Part shown: piece by piece, positions 1 to 9,233 of the stretch
How the letters are laid out: every line of letters begins with the position of its first letter
How positions within the stretch are numbered: position 1 is the stretch's first letter
Assembly: GCA_004524535.1 (NCBI GenBank)
Contig: SDNY01000046.1
Location: 1-26,770, forward strand
Length of the DNA stretch: 26,770 bases
Direction of reading: 5' to 3'
Source: Promethearchaeota archaeon
GTDB taxonomy: Archaea > Asgardarchaeota > Lokiarchaeia > Sigyniarchaeales > SOKP01
The notes under the pieces: generated by a model
What the model saw: only the letters and a program-made list of their open reading frames with translations
What the model was told of the DNA's origin: nothing
The model's database searches: none
Program-made: the position numbers and the translations under genes

Positions 1-501
1 ATTACTAAAAAATGTAAGACATGCAATGGCAAAAAGGCTATTCCTGAAAAAAAGAAAATTCATGTGGATATCCCAGCCGGCATTGAAAATGGAGTTCATC
101 TAAAAGTTCAAGGAGCAGGTCATATTCCGTCAACAAAAGCTATTCCAGGCGATCTTTATCTAAAAATTCGGATAATTCAAAATAAAAATTTCATTAGAAG
201 AGGAAATGATCTTTATACTAAAGCAGATATTGATATTGTAACAGCTATTCTTGGAGGCAAAATTACAGTACCGACACTAGATCATAAGAAGAAAATAATA
301 GCAGAAAAAGAATTAACAATCCCTGCAGGAACTCAGTTTGGAACCGAGTTTAGAATAAAAAATAGAGGAGCATCTTATTTGAGAGGCAAAGGGAAAGGAG
401 ACCAATATGTAATCGCTAATATTATTATTCCAAATAACTTAAGCGATGAGCAAATAAAATTACTAGAACAATTTAGGGAATTATATCAAGATCAATCTTA
501 G
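1..501 (+). CDS. dnaJ: Chaperone DnaJ, C-terminal part (5' end outside window)
   Basis: Frame is open from base 1: ITKKCKTCNGKK (last CxxCxG repeat), then VDIPAGIENG..GDLY..F.R.GNDL..TAILGG.I.VPTL..IPAGTQ.G..GDQYV, the DnaJ C-terminal domain; TAG stop. Confidence 0.95.
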   Translation: MTKKCKTCNGKKAIPEKKKIHVDIPAGIENGVHLKVQGAGHIPSTKAIPGDLYLKIRIIQNKNFIRRGNDLYTKADIDIVTAILGGKITVPTLDHKKKIIAEKELTIPAGTQFGTEFRIKNRGASYLRGKGKGDQYVIANIIIPNNLSDEQIKLLEQFRELYQDQS

Positions 502-645
502 TTTCTTTAAAAAAGACTAATTGCTATTTTAAAATAATTACAACCTCTATTTCTAGCTTTTTGGTATGCAAAAGATTTTTATTAAAAATCTATTATTTCT
601 TTTATATTAAAATTTTGAGATACCTATTTATAAAAGGATATTAAT

Positions 646-753
646 TTGCATTGGAAATGCGATAAATGTGGAGTAGTTTTTGATTTAGAAGATATTCCTG
701 AAAAATGTCCTGAATGTGGATCGGACGATGCTACATTTAGTATGGTTGATTAA
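646..753 (+). CDS. Micro rubredoxin-like / Zn-ribbon protein (35 aa, not in ORF track)
   Basis: TTG start after AAGGAT; [35 protein letters not shown] has the WxCxxCG...PxxCPxCG pattern. Confidence 0.8.
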   Translation: MHWKCDKCGVVFDLEDIPEKCPECGSDDATFSMVD

Positions 754-821
754 TCCTTTTTTTTCATTTAAAACCGGGAAATAGTAGAAAATTCTTTTAT
801 TTATTTTTTCTTATCATTAAT

Positions 822-1031
822 ATGACTGAATGCAATCAAGAACAACTTAAAAAAAAATGTCCTTGTACCTACAGTAGTTGTAGTAGATTAGGAAAATGTT
901 GTGAATGTATAGAATATCATCTTAAAATGAGGGAATTGCCTGGTTGTGTGTTCGCTAAAATTTCAAAAGAAGCTGAGAGTTCCTATAATAGAAGTTTTGA
1001 ATATTTTGCGAATTTAGTGCTTGGAAAATAA
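822..1031 (+). CDS. Small Cys-rich protein (DUF6485-like)
   Basis: CPCTYxxCSRxGKCCECIxYH...ELPGC.F....E..Y.RSFE.F pattern. Confidence 0.75.
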   Translation: MTECNQEQLKKKCPCTYSSCSRLGKCCECIEYHLKMRELPGCVFAKISKEAESSYNRSFEYFANLVLGK

Positions 1032-1119
1032 CTCTTTTTAGTGTTTTGGTAAATGGTCTCCTAAATTCATCCTTAAGATGGTGTGATACTAGTTAAATTC
1101 TATTTCATAAAAAAATATG

Positions 1120-1450
1120 AACGGTTGAGATCTATACCCACCCTTCTGCAGTAATTTCTGTCACCAGAAATACTTGAGACATCAAACTATGCGGCCTACC
1201 TAAAGCTCGTCTCCGAGCAGCTCATCGCTTTCATTTGGCCTTGCTCTGAGGTTTTAGCTCGTCCCAACCATTCCTTCCTACAATTTCTCTGGCTTATATC
1301 CAAATCATTAATGTGCGTAAGAAGGCAGTGTCGTTTCAATTGCTAAAGTATAGTTCTCACCATAATAGCTTGTGCTACTCCTCACTCGGAGCAGAGGGGT
1401 GAGGTTGCTCAACGCGTCAAGCGCATCGTCAGTCTCAAATCTCACACGTT
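1120..1450 (-). ncRNA. rnpB: Archaeal RNase P RNA
   Basis: Minus strand: terminal P1 (AACGTGTGAGAT / ATCTCAACCGTT); P4 ACC-U-CACCC pairs with GGGTGGGT in CAGAAGGGTGGGTATA; conserved blocks GAAACG, GAGCAAGGCC and GGTAGGCCGCATAG; P19-like hairpin GTATTTCTG-GTGA-CAGAAATTAC; GC-richer than flanks. Confidence 0.85.
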
Positions 1451-1513
1451 CAAATAAATTAATAACTAAAAAGGTATTTAAAATTTTTGAAAGAAATTAA
1501 AATGGATTTTATT

Positions 1514-3361
1514 TTAAATAAACTTAATCCAAGGTAAACTCATTTCTTTTCTATATTTTTGCATAAATCTATTTATTGCTTTTAAAATAGATTTTGGATT
1601 ATAGAGCCAAGCACCCTTTTTGTTAAATGTTATACATTCTATTTTCTTAATTTTATTTTTTCTTTTCAGTATTAAAGCATAAATCGCAATCTGTGGAAGT
1701 GAATTGATGAATGAAATAGAAGGTTTACGAGTAGCCAATGGATTCTCATCTGGTTTATAATCACATACATATAACTTATTATCTATAATTACTAACAAAT
1801 CAATATGACCTGTTAGATCTCCTTTCTTTAAGGAATCTAAATATATAGGTATTTCAGATCCAATTACCCATTCGTATTTATATGTTAAATTTGGAAGTAT
1901 TACTTCATGTGAAGGTGATCTATGACTTAAGATATGTTCCTTTCTATAATTTTTATTATTGGATAAAGCTATTAAGATATTAATAAATTCATATGAGCCA
2001 CTTGCTTCATTTGGTTTAAATAATTTTATTTTTGATTTTAGTAATTTTGCTATAAATTTTGATTTAATCTCTGAATCAATATAGGTAATTCTATGATTAA
2101 AACTAGAGATTCTTGTAGCTTTTTGTCTTCTCTCATCTGTGAGAAATACTTCGGGAATCTCTCCTTTATTTTTTTTCACTTGAGAGAGATAATTAGCTAA
2201 TATTTCATATTCCCTAAGACTTTCTTTGAAATTTTCTCCAATAATACACCTTCTTATTAACTGAATAGCTGATGTTGTAGAATATCTATTCTTGTAAAAT
2301 TTAAGATAAGCTATTGTATATTCTTTGACTCTTATGATTGAAATTCGTTTCTCAATAGTAAAAATTATAAGATCAATTTTTTCTCCTGTAATTATCCTCT
2401 CTTCCCGAATATTATTAGGAATTAAGTCAATCCCAAAAGATTCATTAGTAGTTTCTTGAATCCAATTCGCAATCTCTCTAAAAGATGGGACAGGCCCGTA
2501 AAAACCTGTTAAAAATGGATCCAATGTAAAAGCATATAGAAGCATTAATGCAAGTCGACAAGTGGGTTTTTCTAATCGAAATCCATATACAATATCAACG
2601 TAATTATATAGTACGTTTAGAGCACGAGGTTTGTCAATAACAAAATATTTTAGATTAGATAAAACAATTAAAGGTAAAATAGTGGAGATTGCAATTTGAG
2701 TAGATCGCCTTGTATTAACTGTTATCTCATCTTGGAAAAATCTCTTGTAAGAAAACTTAGATCCAAAAAAACATTTCATAATTTTTTGGTTTTCAATTTT
2801 CTTTTTAGGTTTCGTGCAAGCTGCTTGTAATTCCCGTATAAGCTTCATTTTTAATCTAATATCGTCGTCAAAATTACCATATGCAGGACGATGAGGTCTA
2901 TATCTTAACATTCCTATAGTAATTCTCTGGTTCTTATTTAGTAGCAGATTATAAACCCAAATTCGATAATCATCAATTAAATCAAATACAGCTAACATTT
3001 CATCCTTATTTAAACCAATATGTTCAATATTAAATTCTATTGAATCTAATGTTCTAGGAGTAAATACATAATCACTTGATTTCTCAATGACATTCTTAAA
3101 AACATTCTTCTTAATATCAGAAAAGAAGTATTCTCCTAATCCCAGGTGAAGTGCTGCATAATTTTTTGAATCATAATGAGTTTTTAAGATCTTCCATAAT
3201 TCTCTGATAAATTTTATTGTTTTATAATTTTTTATCAATTTATAATCTTTTCTTTCACTTATTACAGAATAAGAATTAGATTTGACTTTACTTTCATCAT
3301 GCATAGAAATTTGACCATTTCGCTCCTCGCTATTTTCATTTTCTTCAGTTTCTAATGGCAT
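1514..3361 (-). CDS. Large protein with C-terminal PD-(D/E)XK nuclease domain
   Basis: C-terminal SEIPI...TGHIDLLVIIDNKLYVCDYKPD...PQIAIYALIL is a RecB/Cas4-like nuclease motif set; the N-terminal ~480 aa are not recognised. Confidence 0.7.
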   Translation of the reverse strand: MPLETEENENSEERNGQISMHDESKVKSNSYSVISERKDYKLIKNYKTIKFIRELWKILKTHYDSKNYAALHLGLGEYFFSDIKKNVFKNVIEKSSDYVFTPRTLDSIEFNIEHIGLNKDEMLAVFDLIDDYRIWVYNLLLNKNQRITIGMLRYRPHRPAYGNFDDDIRLKMKLIRELQAACTKPKKKIENQKIMKCFFGSKFSYKRFFQDEITVNTRRSTQIAISTILPLIVLSNLKYFVIDKPRALNVLYNYVDIVYGFRLEKPTCRLALMLLYAFTLDPFLTGFYGPVPSFREIANWIQETTNESFGIDLIPNNIREERIITGEKIDLIIFTIEKRISIIRVKEYTIAYLKFYKNRYSTTSAIQLIRRCIIGENFKESLREYEILANYLSQVKKNKGEIPEVFLTDERRQKATRISSFNHRITYIDSEIKSKFIAKLLKSKIKLFKPNEASGSYEFINILIALSNNKNYRKEHILSHRSPSHEVILPNLTYKYEWVIGSEIPIYLDSLKKGDLTGHIDLLVIIDNKLYVCDYKPDENPLATRKPSISFINSLPQIAIYALILKRKNKIKKIECITFNKKGAWLYNPKSILKAINRFMQKYRKEMSLPWIKFI

Positions 3362-3519
3362 ATTCGATGTTTTATATAATTCTAAATTATCTTCTACTTC
3401 TATTATTATATAAGAATTATTTAAACTCCCCCTCTCTAAAGATTCATCTAATATTTCCTCATCTAATATATATAATCTAATAGAAAAATCTTTTTTCTAT
3501 GAATAAGACTTTTTGGATC

Positions 3520-3546
3520 AAAAAATTAAAAAAAAAAAAAAATAAA
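3520..3546 (-). terminator. Oligo-T tract, likely archaeal terminator of hppA
   Basis: Long A run on + strand (T run on - strand) ~40 nt after the hppA stop. Confidence 0.45.
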
Positions 3547-3580
3547 TTTTTATTAAGTATTCTTCAATCTCTCAGTTCAA

Positions 3581-5677
3581 TTATAGAAATGCAGCAAGTA
3601 AGCCTCTTCCGCCACCGAACAATAAGAGAAATCCCATAAAGATTGAGGCTGTCAAGGACATTACGACGAGTAATGTGTTTATACTTGGACCAGCAGTATC
3701 TTTGAATGGATCTCCAACAGTATCACCTGTTATTGAAGCTTTATGTGCATCGGTACCTTTACCGCCTAAGTTGCCATCTTCAATGAACTTTTTAGCGTTG
3801 TCCCAGCTACCTCCGGCATTTGACATCAAAATTGCGAATACAAAACCAGATAAAATAGCTCCAGCTAAGAACGCTCCTAACGCTGCAACTCCAAAAAGAA
3901 TTCCAACTGCTATTGGTATCACAATGGATATTATACTTGGTAGAACAAGTTCTCTTAAAGCTCCCCTAGTAGCGATATTAATACATTTATTGAAATCAGC
4001 GGGTTCTTCACCTGTAAGTATTTTTGGATTTTCTTCAAATTGTCTTCTAATTTCACGTACCATCTTCCCTGCATTTCTTTGTACAGCAAGGATTAATAGA
4101 GCTGAGAACAATGCCGGCACTACGACACCTATGAAGGCACCTATTAGGACGTTTATAGTAAGTAAATCGATTATTGAGATTCCCGCCTCTTCAGCAAATG
4201 AAAACAATAGTGCCATTACTGTTAAATTAGCAGCTCCTATAGCAAATCCCTTAGTGATTGCTTTGGCAGTATTTCCAGCGGAATCCATTTTATCCGCAAC
4301 CCGGATGACTTCATCTCCTAAATCTCCTTGTTCAGCAATACCTCGAGCATTATCACATATAGGACCATAGGCATCATTTGCGACAATTGTACCTACAATG
4401 GCTAACATTCCAACAGCAGCCATTCCCACTCCTAGAACACCATATAACATATAAGCTATAGCCATAGCAACTATAATTCCTATAGCAGCTGGAATGATAC
4501 TCATTAGACCGTATGAAAATCCAGAAAGTATAACAACCGCATCGCCTTCTTGAGCAGCTTCAGCTATTTTTCTTGTTGGGGCTCTATCTTCCCTAGTATA
4601 GTAATCACTTGTAAACCCTATCACAATACCACTGATAAGACCAATTACAGTACAAAAATAGATGCCCCATAACCTATCAAAAAACTTAGGATATTCTAAT
4701 ACCATCACATATATTATAAGGAAAGCTAAAACCGCATAAATTACCGTTGCTAAATAAGTCCCTGTATTAAGAGCTTTTCCTGGTTCCTCAGAACCAAACC
4801 ACTTAATAATATAGATTCCAATTAAAGAGGCAATTAATCCAACACTGCATATTACAATAGGTAATATAATGAAAAGAGGTACCAACGTTTTTGACCCAAC
4901 TAATACAACTGATGTCGATAAAATCATTGCCGCTACAATAGACGCTACATAAGAGTCAAATAGATCACTTCCCATTCCTGCTATATCACCAACATTATCT
5001 CCTACGTTATCAGCAATTGTTGCAGGATTACGAGGATCATCTTCAGGAAGTTTATATTCCGCCTTGCCTACTAAATCAGCGCCTACATCAGCAGTTTTAG
5101 TGTAAATACCACCACCGCACTTCATAAACAATGCAACACTACTCGCACCAAAGCTAAATCCTAATACAATCAACGCAGATTGAAAAACCATGTATATAAC
5201 AGAGACACCAATTAACGCTGAACCAACAACGGCAAGCCCCATGACAGCACCGCCGAAAAATGCGACGTTAAATCCTTCTTTGGTTCCAATTGTACAACCT
5301 TGTGCCGCTCTTGTATTAGCCTTGACTCCAACTTCCATTCCTAGCCACCCACTCAGCATTGAAGCAACAGCTCCAATTAAATAGCATAAACTTTGTTCCC
5401 AGTTCATAAATATAATAGCTCGATTATAATCCTTGAGTGGAGAAGGAAGAAATAATAGGGCTACGGCAAGTACAATACAAAAAATACCCAGTATTTTGTA
5501 TTGCGTTCTAATAAATGTACTGGCACCAGATTCTATATAACCTGAGACTTCTACCATTCTTTCATTGCCAGGATCCGCTTTCATTACCTTTTTAGCAAAA
5601 ACAATTGCCATTATAATACTAAGAACTCCCGCAATCAAAGCAATAAAAATATAGATTGGTATTTCCATATTTGTCAC
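3581..5677 (-). CDS. hppA: Membrane-bound H+-translocating pyrophosphatase, K+-independent type
   Basis: GGGIYTKTADVGADLVGK, EDDPRNPATIADNVGDNVGD, GGSWDNAKK and GDTVGDPFKDTAGPS motifs; GNTAKA carries the Lys of K+-independent enzymes. Confidence 0.95.
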   Translation of the reverse strand: MTNMEIPIYIFIALIAGVLSIIMAIVFAKKVMKADPGNERMVEVSGYIESGASTFIRTQYKILGIFCIVLAVALLFLPSPLKDYNRAIIFMNWEQSLCYLIGAVASMLSGWLGMEVGVKANTRAAQGCTIGTKEGFNVAFFGGAVMGLAVVGSALIGVSVIYMVFQSALIVLGFSFGASSVALFMKCGGGIYTKTADVGADLVGKAEYKLPEDDPRNPATIADNVGDNVGDIAGMGSDLFDSYVASIVAAMILSTSVVLVGSKTLVPLFIILPIVICSVGLIASLIGIYIIKWFGSEEPGKALNTGTYLATVIYAVLAFLIIYVMVLEYPKFFDRLWGIYFCTVIGLISGIVIGFTSDYYTREDRAPTRKIAEAAQEGDAVVILSGFSYGLMSIIPAAIGIIVAMAIAYMLYGVLGVGMAAVGMLAIVGTIVANDAYGPICDNARGIAEQGDLGDEVIRVADKMDSAGNTAKAITKGFAIGAANLTVMALLFSFAEEAGISIIDLLTINVLIGAFIGVVVPALFSALLILAVQRNAGKMVREIRRQFEENPKILTGEEPADFNKCINIATRGALRELVLPSIISIVIPIAVGILFGVAALGAFLAGAILSGFVFAILMSNAGGSWDNAKKFIEDGNLGGKGTDAHKASITGDTVGDPFKDTAGPSINTLLVVMSLTASIFMGFLLLFGGGRGLLAAFL

Positions 5678-5858
5678 AATATTTTTTTTTTGTTTGATTA
5701 AAGATTTATTTAATTGTAATTAAACTATTAACTGATTTCTTTAAAACCTTATTGATCTTTATAGTACACGAATATTATCAATAGATAAGGTAAAATTCAA
5801 GAATTCTAAAATTATATAAAATTTTTAAAATTAAAAATTTAAAAAAGTATAGAATGAA

Positions 5859-7442
5859 TCAATATGCGTTGTAAAAAAACCTAAAGAGGGGCCCATATGA
5901 ATCTATTATAATTATCCCGATAAATACAAGATCCCAGAAGAATGAATTGGGAAATGTATTCAATATTGCAATTAAGGGCCAATCTGAACTATCGACCTCA
6001 CATAGGGCTTCAACTAATTCTTCTAAACCTTCTATCCCATACGATTCAATAAAATGATATAACTCCCAGATCTCTAATCTAAAATTTTTATCAGGATAGC
6101 CTAACACCAGTCTACAATCTCTAATGGCACAGTCAATATCTTTCCAACAGAAATACCCCTTATCTTTCCAAGCATTTAAAATGATTATATCATCATTTAA
6201 AAATTTTAAATGGTCAAGAATTTCATTTTGTCCAAAATTATCACGACGATACACCATATAGCTCATTTCTGCATTTGCATCTTCTATTAAACCAAATAAA
6301 TTCATAAGATCATCATCTCCGTCTTGAAAATCGACTCCTTGAAAGATATCTGATGTTATTCGAACATCAAGATTATATTCAGTTTTTATGAAATCATTGA
6401 ACCTAATAAACTCTTTCTGGATATCGTAATATTTGTTCAGTTTACTGATATAATCAGGATTAAGCCCGTATAAGGGGAAAGGTGTATCTATTAATGTTTC
6501 CATATCATATACAAAAGTTGTTATTGGGGATCCTAATAAATTAAACTCTTTGCACATATCTAGTACGGTTTCAATTTGTTTCTTGAGATCTCTAAATGAC
6601 CAGATATTTGAATATCTCCAATCCGTTGGATTTATAGATAAATGAACTTCAATACCAGACTTATTACATCTCATAATCCTACTATAGAATTGGCTATCAA
6701 AATTGTTCTCAGTTATTCCGTAGACGAAATAAATACCCGCATCTGCTAACATTTTTAATGTTTTATCATCTACATATTCATCTTCTCCCTTTTTATTATC
6801 ATCTAAAGATTGTCCATAAGTCCAGATTCCAAATTCGGTTTCTGGAGATTTATTTTGTCGTATTAGTACATTTGAAGCTATATCTTCCTGAATATAAACG
6901 GGATAAGGAATTGTAATTAAGTTAATTGAAAATATAAGCCAAAAAATAAGAGAGTGCTTAAAAATGGTACGCCGAATTTTAAATTTCTTTCTTTTTTTAG
7001 ACCGTTTTAACTTTTTTGATGTTAACCACGAATTTATTTTCACAAAAGGTCTTTTGATAATCATAATCAAAAAGTAGAGAGCGGAAGCTAAGCATATGAA
7101 CAATGCCAGAAATAAACTTGTTAGATTCATATGGATGATACTAATTAAAAGTTTGAAAGCGAAATTAGTAAAAATGACGCATGCCGCTATTAGCGATATC
7201 TTAAAAAATCTTTTAGAATCGCTTCTTGATTGGAAAAAAACAAATTTTAAAACAAGTAAAATAGAAATTCCTAAAATCGCAATTCCTACTGGAGAAAGAT
7301 ATTTAAGTAGAAGTACGATAAAAATCAGAGGATAAATAAGAAGGAAAACAATAATATATAATCTAAGAGCAACAAGAAGATCCCATAAACCACCTGTTTT
7401 ATACCATTCTGATTTTTTAAAATTTAGTATAGTGTTCCGCAA
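5859..7442 (-). CDS. Membrane protein: N-terminal TM helices, large soluble domain, C-terminal TM
   Basis: Hydrophobic N-terminal segments, a basic loop, an ~300-aa acidic soluble domain (FVYDME motif, possibly TIM-barrel/glycoside hydrolase-like) and a hydrophobic tail. Confidence 0.6.
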   Translation of the reverse strand: MRNTILNFKKSEWYKTGGLWDLLVALRLYIIVFLLIYPLIFIVLLLKYLSPVGIAILGISILLVLKFVFFQSRSDSKRFFKISLIAACVIFTNFAFKLLISIIHMNLTSLFLALFICLASALYFLIMIIKRPFVKINSWLTSKKLKRSKKRKKFKIRRTIFKHSLIFWLIFSINLITIPYPVYIQEDIASNVLIRQNKSPETEFGIWTYGQSLDDNKKGEDEYVDDKTLKMLADAGIYFVYGITENNFDSQFYSRIMRCNKSGIEVHLSINPTDWRYSNIWSFRDLKKQIETVLDMCKEFNLLGSPITTFVYDMETLIDTPFPLYGLNPDYISKLNKYYDIQKEFIRFNDFIKTEYNLDVRITSDIFQGVDFQDGDDDLMNLFGLIEDANAEMSYMVYRRDNFGQNEILDHLKFLNDDIIILNAWKDKGYFCWKDIDCAIRDCRLVLGYPDKNFRLEIWELYHFIESYGIEGLEELVEALCEVDSSDWPLIAILNTFPNSFFWDLVFIGIIIIDSYGPLFRFFYNAY

Positions 7443-7454
7443 GCTATTATTTAT

Positions 7455-7538
7455 AAATCTAAAATGATATTTAAACCATTTATTAATTGGCTTCTTACTA
7501 TATTATCTAAAGATATACCAAGAAATTATTCAGAGATA
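7455..7538 (+). repeat. 84-bp direct repeat, copy 1 (copy 2 at 8328-8411)
   Basis: AAATCTAAAATGATA.TAAACCATTTATTAATTGG.TTCTTACT.TATT.TCT.AAGA.ATA...AATTATTCAGAGATA is colinear in both copies. Confidence 0.85.
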
Positions 7539-7709
7539 GGGCTATAAGCATCAATCATTATTATTCCAAAAAAGACTGTATCTTAATAAAAAAAGTATGG
7601 GAATTTATTTGTTATAATTATAGAAGGTCAATCCGAACTATCGATTTCATAAATTGCTACAACTAATTTTTCTAAACCATCCTTTCCAAATAAATGTAAA
7701 AATTGAAAG
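7526..7709 (-). pseudogene. Degraded paralog fragment of the C-terminus of the 5859-7442 protein
   Basis: FGKDGLEKLVVAIYEIDSSD*PSIIITNKFPYFFY*DTVFFGIIMIDAYSPI aligns without gaps to YGIEGLEELVEALCEVDSSDWPLIAILNTFPNSFFWDLVFIGIIIIDSYGPL; both Trp positions are stops. Confidence 0.85.
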
Positions 7710-7716
7710 AAAATTC

Positions 7717-7959
7717 TTATCCAAATAATTCTTGTAAAAGTTGTTCTTTATCTATATTAAGATAGTTTACGATATCTGATAGTATATTATTTAGAGTTCC
7801 AATTTTTAAACTCTTATGCTTGGGAATAGTAATATGAAATTCTCCTCTTATTGTAGTAGTCAATCTCATATGACTTCCTGTCTGTCTTGTAATTTCAAAC
7901 CCAAATCTCTTTAATAGTTTAGATAATTTCATTCCGCTAATATTACGCGGAATTTTCAT
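7717..7959 (-). CDS. hicA: HicA-family toxin (mRNA interferase)
   Basis: L.K.L...GF...RQTGSHMRL....ITIPKH..LK.GTL..IL signature. Confidence 0.9.
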   Translation of the reverse strand: MKIPRNISGMKLSKLLKRFGFEITRQTGSHMRLTTTIRGEFHITIPKHKSLKIGTLNNILSDIVNYLNIDKEQLLQELFG

Positions 7960-8174
7960 AGAGTTATAACCTCTTCTTTAACAAAATGTAATCTGATAAT
8001 TCGAGGCATTTCCTTCTCATTATAATGACATTTTACGGCATCTTTAATTGAGTTTTTTAATTCAGCTAAAGTATCAGCTTCAGTATGAATGGAGGTTTCT
8101 AAAGCTCTTGCTTCATAACCTCCTTCTAAAGATTCTTCAACAATAAATATTATTTCATTCATTGTATTTACCAA
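7956..8174 (-). CDS. hicB: HicB-like antitoxin (short, no DNA-binding domain)
   Basis: EIIFIVEESLEGGYEARAL..SIHTEADTL.EL...IKDAV.CH; 4-nt overlap with hicA. True start may be the ATG at 8162. Confidence 0.8.
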   Translation of the reverse strand: MVNTMNEIIFIVEESLEGGYEARALETSIHTEADTLAELKNSIKDAVKCHYNEKEMPRIIRLHFVKEEVITL

Positions 8175-8327
8175 ATGTTGTTTTTATAAAATTATTGTTG
8201 AAAAAGAACATTTAAAAAAATATCTTTTTTTCCTTATAAATCGTAAGAGAATTTTAAAAATTAAATTTATCGGATGGCAAAGTAAAATTTTAAACAATTG
8301 TATTTATAAATTTCTGTAATAAATTTA

Positions 8328-8411
8328 AAATCTAAAATGATATATAAACCATTTATTAATTGGTTTCTTACTGTATTGTCTGAAGAGATATCATGTAATT
8401 ATTCAGAGATA
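8328..8411 (+). repeat. 84-bp direct repeat, copy 2
   Basis: Matches 7455-7538. Confidence 0.85.
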
Positions 8412-8511
8412 TATTAAAGATCATGAAAGGGTAATTCAAGAATTTTAAAAAATAAAATAATAAAACTAAAAAAATAAATTTAGATAATACTATTATATTA
8501 ATTGTAAAAGC

Positions 8512-8754
8512 ATGACTGAATTAAAAATATCTATTTCTGATGATTTAGTAAAGAAAATGGAAGAACATCCTGAAATCAATTGGGATTCCATAGCTAAAGA
8601 TGCTATTGAAGATTATCTGAAAACTCTAGAATCAGACAAGGAACCAATTACCAGAAGAGAATTAGAAGAACTTTCTGAACATTCATTAAAAGAGTTCTTA
8701 GAAAACGAACCAGATATTTATACTGATCAAGATTTAATCGAGCGATACAAATGA
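8512..8754 (+). CDS. Putative antitoxin (RHH-like N-terminus, acidic C-terminus)
   Basis: MTELKISISDDL..KM..HPEINW..IA..AI (RHH-like); ends EPDIYTDQDL; ATGA overlap with the downstream toxin gene. Confidence 0.65.
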   Translation: MTELKISISDDLVKKMEEHPEINWDSIAKDAIEDYLKTLESDKEPITRRELEELSEHSLKEFLENEPDIYTDQDLIERYK

Positions 8755-9080
8755 AAGGAAAAATAATCCTATTACCCTTCCCTTTTACGGATTTAACAAC
8801 AACTAAACGAAGACCAGCTCTTGTTATCCTTGAAAGACCGAATGATGTTGTTGTAGTATTCATTTCCTCCAAAATACCTATAAGTCAAGAAAATCAACAT
8901 ATTGTCATAAAAAAGCACGATAAGAATTTTTAGATTACTGGTTTAAAAGTTAGTTCTACAATTTATTTAGATAAAATCGCCACTATTAGTAAAAAACTTA
9001 TAATTGGTGAATTAGGTCAGATAACTAAACAAATAAAACGTGAATTCAATAAAAAGATTAAAAAAATTTATCATCTTTAA
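8751..9080 (+). pseudogene. PemK/MazF-family toxin with in-frame TAG at 8931-8933
   Basis: KGKIILLPFPFTDLTTTKRRPALVI...VVVFISS...KNF*ITGLKVSSTIYLDKIATISKKLIIGELG...YHL*; family-like sequence continues in frame past the amber to TAA at 9078-9080. Confidence 0.8.
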
Positions 9081-9233
9081 TAATATCTAATCTATATCAT
9101 TTCTTAATTTTTTTAGAACTTATTATGCAGAGATGCACAACAAACCGTGAAATAGGTGTTTCACGAAAAAGAATAATACACAGATAACACACTAAAAATT
9201 GCTCAAAATATAATATGAGGGTGATAGTCAATT

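Noticed and set aside
3675-5384. Plus-strand ORFs 3675-4370 and 5190-5384
   Set aside because: Antisense shadows of hppA.
7628-7630. Selenocysteine or TGA=Trp recoding
   Set aside because: The TGA is in a truncated remnant that also has TAA at the next Trp position; TGA ends several intact genes in the window.
8478-8502. dif-like XerA site (TTTAGATAA-TACTA-TTATATTAA)
   Set aside because: Spacer is 5 nt rather than 6 and the sequence is low-complexity; more likely the promoter/operator of the TA pair.
8931-8933. Pyrrolysine or general TAG recoding
   Set aside because: TAG is a normal stop for dnaJ and the Zn-ribbon gene, and no Pyl machinery is visible here.
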